Source: Clostridia bacterium (GTDB lineage: Bacteria > Bacillota > Clostridia > Oscillospirales > CAG-272). Taken from it: a stretch of 64,000 bases of DNA. The stretch spans positions 41,881 through 105,880 of the forward strand of contig JAFVRG010000020.1 of NCBI GenBank assembly GCA_017504405.1, given 5' to 3'. The notes under the pieces were generated by a model. It saw nothing but the letters and a program-made list of their open reading frames with translations, made no database searches and was not told the origin of the DNA. Shown here one piece after another: positions 60,344-64,000 of the stretch (position 1 is the stretch's first letter; every line of letters starts with the position of its first letter). The translations under genes and the position numbers were made by a program.

Positions 60344-60760
60344 TTAAAATTCCGAATAGAGCTCACGCAGGTCCTCGAGGTTGACGGATGCAATCTTGTC
60401 CTGCCATTCCTCCTCAGCCCATATCTCGGCGTAATCGCCCATTCCTGCTATAATTGCTCCCTTTTTGATATGTGCGTAGGCAACTAACTCTGCCGAGAGC
60501 ATAATTCTTCCGTGTGAGTCGAATGTGACGTCTATGCTGTTAGAGAATATAAATCGGCGCAAGCCCTCCACCTTTGCATCGGGGTAGGAGTTGAGCTTTT
60601 CTATCAGCTTGTCCCATTTCTCCTGAGTGTAAATTGCGAGGTGGGAATCAAGGCGGGGGACTATGTAAAAGGTTTCGCCGAGCTCAGGACGGTACTTCGC
60701 AGGTACAAAAAGCCTGTTTTTTGCGTCCAAGGTATGCGTATGCTTTCCGTAGAATGCCAT
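60344..60760 (-). CDS. mraZ: transcriptional regulator MraZ
   Basis: 138 aa with two DxxxR motifs (LDAKNRLFVP, FDSHGRIMLS). A strong GGAGG RBS is present. Confidence 0.93.
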   Translation of the reverse strand: MAFYGKHTHTLDAKNRLFVPAKYRPELGETFYIVPRLDSHLAIYTQEKWDKLIEKLNSYPDAKVEGLRRFIFSNSIDVTFDSHGRIMLSAELVAYAHIKKGAIIAGMGDYAEIWAEEEWQDKIASVNLEDLRELYSEF

Positions 60761-60799
60761 TGATTTCCTCCTTTCCGATGCGTAAAATGCTCAAATTGC

Positions 60800-60856
60800 A
60801 CCACATTCGGTACATTTTGCAACACTTTGCATCACAATTCACCACTTTGATACCAC
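60800..60856 (-). promoter_or_regulatory. array of 5-6 phased GTGGT-type direct repeats (putative MraZ boxes) in the mraZ leader
   Basis: The minus strand reads tGTGGTatcaaaGTGGTgaattGTGATgcaaaGTGTTgcaaaatGTACCgaatGTGGTgcaa. Plus-strand ACCAC-type cores start at 60800, (60810), 60821, 60831, 60841 and 60852, giving a 10-11 bp period. Confidence 0.65.
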
Positions 60857-60857
60857 A

Positions 60858-60886
60858 ATTATAATCCCGTTTTTTGAAAAAAGCAA
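60858..60886 (-). promoter_or_regulatory. candidate Pmra promoter
   Basis: On the minus strand: TTGCTT (60886-60881), a 17-nt spacer, then TATAAT (60863-60858). The repeat array lies immediately downstream. Confidence 0.5.
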
Positions 60887-61131
60887 CAACAAAATAAATA
60901 AAAAGGCGATTTTTTACTCAAAAAAACCTCAAAGTGCCGATAAATTAAGGGTAAAATGAAATTGTAAACTTTTTGTTAACAAAAACTTTTTCTTAAAAAA
61001 CAGCAAATCTATTCCAATTTTGCTTTTTATATGCTATAATTAACACGTGTATAATACCCTTAGGTATTTTTTCTCAAAATGGGTTTTTTATACCGAGTGG
61101 GGCTTGATTAATTAAGAAGGGTGATTTTGAG

Positions 61132-61464
61132 TTGTTTTTCTTTGATAAAATAGGCCAGAATAAATACGGCACGGTTGCCTTCCGCCGCAAAAGGGCGAAG
61201 GAAATTGCGGGGCTCGCCGTAAAATACGTAACGCAAAAGGTTGACGATAACGACAACGTTGTAGGGCGTGGCGGCTCACTCGCTATAAACAAAAGCGAGT
61301 TTATTCTAAATACCGATAAGGGTGTTTTGTTCCGTGCAAAAATTGATAAAATGGACGCCAGCTTTCTTCTCTCAAACGACGGCGTTATACTGACAGGACC
61401 TAATCTCGAAAAGGGCGGAGAGGTAGAATCCCTGACCGTTCATTTCGTATATTACAGGAAATGA
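61132..61464 (+). CDS. hypothetical protein (110 aa, TTG start)
   Basis: This is the only long ORF between the mraZ control region and ispD. A weak GAAGGG RBS lies ~10 nt upstream. I recognise no motif. Confidence 0.4.
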   Translation: MFFFDKIGQNKYGTVAFRRKRAKEIAGLAVKYVTQKVDDNDNVVGRGGSLAINKSEFILNTDKGVLFRAKIDKMDASFLLSNDGVILTGPNLEKGGEVESLTVHFVYYRK

Positions 61465-61471
61465 GGATTTT

Positions 61472-62227
61472 ATGAGCGTAACTTATAGAATAAATCAGTT
61501 AGTTAGGCTCCTGACGCTCAGGGGCAGACCGAAAACCTCCGCAGTTGTTTTAGCGGCGGGCAGCGGCTCTAGAATGAATTCGGATACAACCAAGCAGCTG
61601 ATGGAGCTGTGCGGAAAGCCATTGTTTGTTCATTCACTCCTTGCCTTTCAGAAATGTAAATATATTGACGAAATAGTGCTCGTATGCAGGCGTGAGGAGC
61701 GTGAATATGTAAAGGAAACCGCAAAAAGCTACGGTATAGACAAGCTCTCACGTGTGGTTGTCGGCGGAAAAACCCGTCAGCTTTCGGCTCTTGCAGGCTT
61801 TGAGGCTATATCGGAAAAGGCTGATTTTGTCGCTATACACGATGCGGCACGTGCGTGCGTTACCGCCGATATAATAGCCGACGTTGTGGCAATGGCTCAC
61901 GCATACGGTGCGGCGAGCGCAGTAGGTAAGGTTACCGATACTGTAAAGACCTTTGATTCCGACGGCTTTATTTCCTCAACCGTAGACAGAGAAACCGTCG
62001 TCGGGGCGCAGACGCCGCAGGTCTTTTCGGTAAGTATGTACCGTGCGGGCGCATACACGGCGCTCAAAAATAAAATTGAGGTAACCGATGACAATATGCT
62101 CGTCGAGCGTCTTGGCTTCCGTGTCAAGGCGGTTGACTGCGGCGCTGATAATTTCAAGGTTACCACTATACACGATATAGAGAGGGCGGAGGCTGTGCTT
62201 TCTGCTAAGGGAAACAAAAATGGCTGA
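61472..62227 (+). CDS. ispD: 2-C-methyl-D-erythritol 4-phosphate cytidylyltransferase
   Basis: [11 protein letters not shown] motif, with GGKTRQ.S further on. It is paired with ispF. Confidence 0.92.
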   Translation: MSVTYRINQLVRLLTLRGRPKTSAVVLAAGSGSRMNSDTTKQLMELCGKPLFVHSLLAFQKCKYIDEIVLVCRREEREYVKETAKSYGIDKLSRVVVGGKTRQLSALAGFEAISEKADFVAIHDAARACVTADIIADVVAMAHAYGAASAVGKVTDTVKTFDSDGFISSTVDRETVVGAQTPQVFSVSMYRAGAYTALKNKIEVTDDNMLVERLGFRVKAVDCGADNFKVTTIHDIERAEAVLSAKGNKNG

Positions 62228-62702
62228 TATGAGAATAGGACACGGCTATGACGTGCACAGGCTTACGGAAAACAGAGCGCTCATTATCGGAGGGGTTAAA
62301 ATAGAGCACACTCTCGGACTTCTCGGACATTCGGATGCGGACGTGCTTTTGCATGCGATAATGGATGCTGTGCTCGGCGCAATGGGCGAGGGTGATATCG
62401 GCAGACATTTCCCCGATACTGCGAGTGAATATAAGGGTATTTCGAGTATAACACTTTGCGAGCGTGTTGCGGCTCTTATGACCGAAAACGGTTATGAAAT
62501 AGGAAACATAGACGCAACCGTAATAGCGCAAAGGCCAAAGCTTGCGCCTCATATTTCGGCTATGCGTGAAAACGTAGCGGCGGCGTTCGGAACCGACGTA
62601 TCCCGTGTGAACGTGAAGGCAACGACTGAGGAGCGCCTCGGCTTTACGGGCGAGGAGCTCGGAATTTCTGCGCACGCAGTGTGCATTCTCAACAAAAAAT
62701 AA
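62220..62702 (+). CDS. ispF: 2-C-methyl-D-erythritol 2,4-cyclodiphosphate synthase
   Basis: RIGHGYDVH and [11 protein letters not shown] motifs. There is an 8-nt overlap with ispD. Confidence 0.95.
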   Translation: MADMRIGHGYDVHRLTENRALIIGGVKIEHTLGLLGHSDADVLLHAIMDAVLGAMGEGDIGRHFPDTASEYKGISSITLCERVAALMTENGYEIGNIDATVIAQRPKLAPHISAMRENVAAAFGTDVSRVNVKATTEERLGFTGEELGISAHAVCILNKK

Positions 62703-62930
62703 TAGCTGCCGCAAAATGCGGCAGCCGTATAGCATTTCACCGTCCTTGGCACTACCGCACATCCTTCCTTTTCCACGTCATAAAGGACGGCTACGATGCT
62801 TAGCCTGTGCCTTTTATTATGATATGGAGCATTTCACAGCCCGTCACTTTTAAATATTAAAGGTGTCCCTTGCGTGTGAGTAAAAAAACAAAAACGACAG
62901 TAAAAAACACATCTTTTGGGGGTAAAACCA

Positions 62931-63578
62931 ATGATAAAAATTTCTCCGTCACTTCTTTCCTGCGACTTCTCACAGATGGGAGCAGAGCTTGTTAAAATTC
63001 AGAATGCGGGTGCTGACTATGCGCATCTTGACGTTATGGATGGGGATTTCGTCAACAACATAAGCTTCGGTATTCCCGTTATTGCGGGAATAAGAAAGGC
63101 GAGCGATATATTCTTTGACGTTCACCTTATGATTTCCGAGCCTATAAGATACGTAGAGCGCTTTGCCTCTGCGGGCGCAGACCTTATCACGTTTCATTTA
63201 GAGGCGGCAGAGGACGTTTCGGCTACAATAGATGCTATAAAGAAAACGGGTAAAAAAGTGGGACTTTCAATTAAGCCCGCAACTCCTGCCGAGGCGGTAT
63301 ATCCTTATCTTGACAGGTGCGACCTCATTCTCGTTATGACCGTTGAGCCCGGCTTTGGCGGTCAGGCACTCATTCCCGAAACGCTCGAAAAGGTAGCGCT
63401 TATCAGAAAAGAGATAGAGCGTCGCTCCCTTTCCGTTGAGCTTCAGGTTGACGGAGGAATTACAGAGGAAAATGCGTGCAAGGCAATAGCGGCGGGCGCT
63501 GACGTTATCGTTGCCGGCTCGGCTGTTTTCAAATCAAACGATATGGCAAAAACCATAAAGAAATTAAGAGAGTTTTAA
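62931..63578 (+). CDS. rpe: ribulose-phosphate 3-epimerase
   Basis: ISPSLLSCDF, HLDVMDG and VMTVEPGFGGQ motifs. I moved the start to ATG 62931. Confidence 0.93.
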   Translation: MIKISPSLLSCDFSQMGAELVKIQNAGADYAHLDVMDGDFVNNISFGIPVIAGIRKASDIFFDVHLMISEPIRYVERFASAGADLITFHLEAAEDVSATIDAIKKTGKKVGLSIKPATPAEAVYPYLDRCDLILVMTVEPGFGGQALIPETLEKVALIRKEIERRSLSVELQVDGGITEENACKAIAAGADVIVAGSAVFKSNDMAKTIKKLREF

Positions 63579-63583
63579 TAAAA

Positions 63584-63620
63584 TTCGGGCTGTCCGTGCA
63601 AGGCAGCCCGAAAAATTTTT
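63584..63620 (+). terminator. terminator after rpe
   Basis: ttcgggctg / cagcccgaa stem with an 11-nt loop, followed by aaattttt. Confidence 0.6.
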
Positions 63621-63639
63621 CGGATTTTGTAAAAAAGTA

Positions 63640-63668
63640 TTGAAAAGATAAAAATAGTGTGCTACAAT
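63640..63668 (+). promoter_or_regulatory. sigma-A promoter for the metK leader
   Basis: TTGAAA (63640-63645), a 17-nt spacer, then TGcTACAAT with -10 at 63663-63668. Confidence 0.65.
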
Positions 63669-63687
63669 ATATGCGTAAATTAAATAA

Positions 63688-63813
63688 CCTTATCAAGAGC
63701 GGCGGAGGGACTGGCCCTGTGAAACCCGGCAACCTGATTTGTGTCAAGGTGCTAATTCCAAGGAGATGAGATTCATAACTTGGACTCTGGCTTGCCTATG
63801 AGTCTGTTTTTTT
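63688..63813 (+). promoter_or_regulatory. SAM-I (S-box) riboswitch with a terminator-type expression platform
   Basis: cttATCAAGAGcGGcGGAGGGActGGCCCtgtGAAACCCGGCAACC...aaGGTGCTAAttCCaagg matches the conserved S-box core. P1 pairs ttatc (63690-63694) with gatga (63765-63769). The ggactc/gagtct hairpin is followed by a T-run ending near 63813. Confidence 0.88.
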
Positions 63814-63835
63814 GTTTAAGGAAAAGGAGTTAAAA

Positions 63836-64000
63836 ATGAGTAAAAAATATCTTTTCACATCGGAGTCGGTAACAGAGGGGCATCCCGACAAAATGTGCGA
63901 CAAAATTTCCGATGCGATACTTGACGAGATGCTCCGTCAGGACCCGATGTCACGTGTTGCTTGCGAAACCTTTGCAACAACGGGCATTGTTACCGTTATG
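63836..64000 (+). CDS. metK: S-adenosylmethionine synthase (5' part; continues beyond the window)
   Basis: [31 protein letters not shown] is the canonical MetK N-terminus. An AAGGAG RBS is present. Confidence 0.93.
   Translation, partial: MSKKYLFTSESVTEGHPDKMCDKISDAILDEMLRQDPMSRVACETFATTGIVTVM

Noticed and set aside
62205-62762. 185-aa minus-strand ORF
   Set aside because: It is antisense to ispF, which has canonical motifs.
6554-62930. N-terminal extensions in the ORF track (starts at 6554, 10795, 11016, 22073, 25646, 26328, 29030, 36415, 37240, 40848, 47828, 52882, 62916)
   Set aside because: In each case an internal ATG preceded by a good Shine-Dalgarno sequence matches the conserved family N-terminus. 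The extension overlaps the upstream gene or a regulatory element.
1-64000. CRISPR arrays, IS elements, integrases, prophage, toxin-antitoxin or known defence-system genes
   Set aside because: I saw none of the following: regularly spaced repeats, transposase or recombinase motifs, terminal inverted repeats, or clusters of unassigned genes. The only candidate acquired segment is the ktrBA cassette, reported above.

Overview
This 64-kb window is almost fully coding and looks like core chromosome from a Clostridia-like, endospore-lineage Firmicute. Gene order parallels several Bacillus regions: recJ-relA-dtd, yabM/mazG/hbs/yabO/yabP/yabQ, holB-yaaT...rsmI, metG-tatD and mraZ...ftsZ. Left to right the contents are: recJ, relA, dtd, a HemZ-like radical SAM gene, a uridine-kinase-like gene, a MurJ/SpoVB-type flippase, mazG, hup, an S4-domain gene, yabP and yabQ. 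Next come a glycogen operon (glgB-C-D-A-P plus a GH13 hydrolase) and a ktrB-ktrA K+ uptake cassette. These are followed by a cysteine desulfurase with a DUF3343-like gene, an MBL hydrolase, glnS, a YitT-family gene and an HPr-like gene. Then come rsmI, an NPPY methyltransferase, a small ferredoxin missing from the ORF track, a PSP1/RicT gene and holB, and divergent from these metG-tatD-radical SAM. The rest is a seven-gene arginine operon argGHCJBDF with ArgR boxes, a LysM protein, eno, tRNA-Lys(UUU), a 2-hydroxyacid dehydrogenase and an Smr-like gene. The right end holds a dcw cluster on the minus strand (mraZ, rsmH, an FtsL-slot gene, PBP, murE, murF, mraY, ftsW, murG, ftsZ), a hypothetical gene, ispD-ispF, rpe, and a SAM-I riboswitch with the 5' end of metK. 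I see no CRISPR array, transposase, integrase, prophage or recognisable defence or toxin module, so I cannot point to a clear novel multi-gene system. The most unusual observations are these. (1) The ktrBA cassette is bracketed by a duplicated copy of the 3' end of the GH13 gene and has visibly different codon usage. (2) A helically phased GTGGT-type repeat array lies in the mraZ leader. (3) The dcw cluster lacks murD, murB, divIB and ftsA and has a non-canonical protein in the FtsL slot. (4) A terminator-like hairpin splits argG from argH. (5) Several small or poorly characterised genes are present: a TatD-linked radical SAM, an HPr-like protein without His15, a LysM protein with a possible GH18-like domain, and a 110-aa orphan. 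All product calls rest on reading motifs by eye. No database search, HMM or folding program was run.
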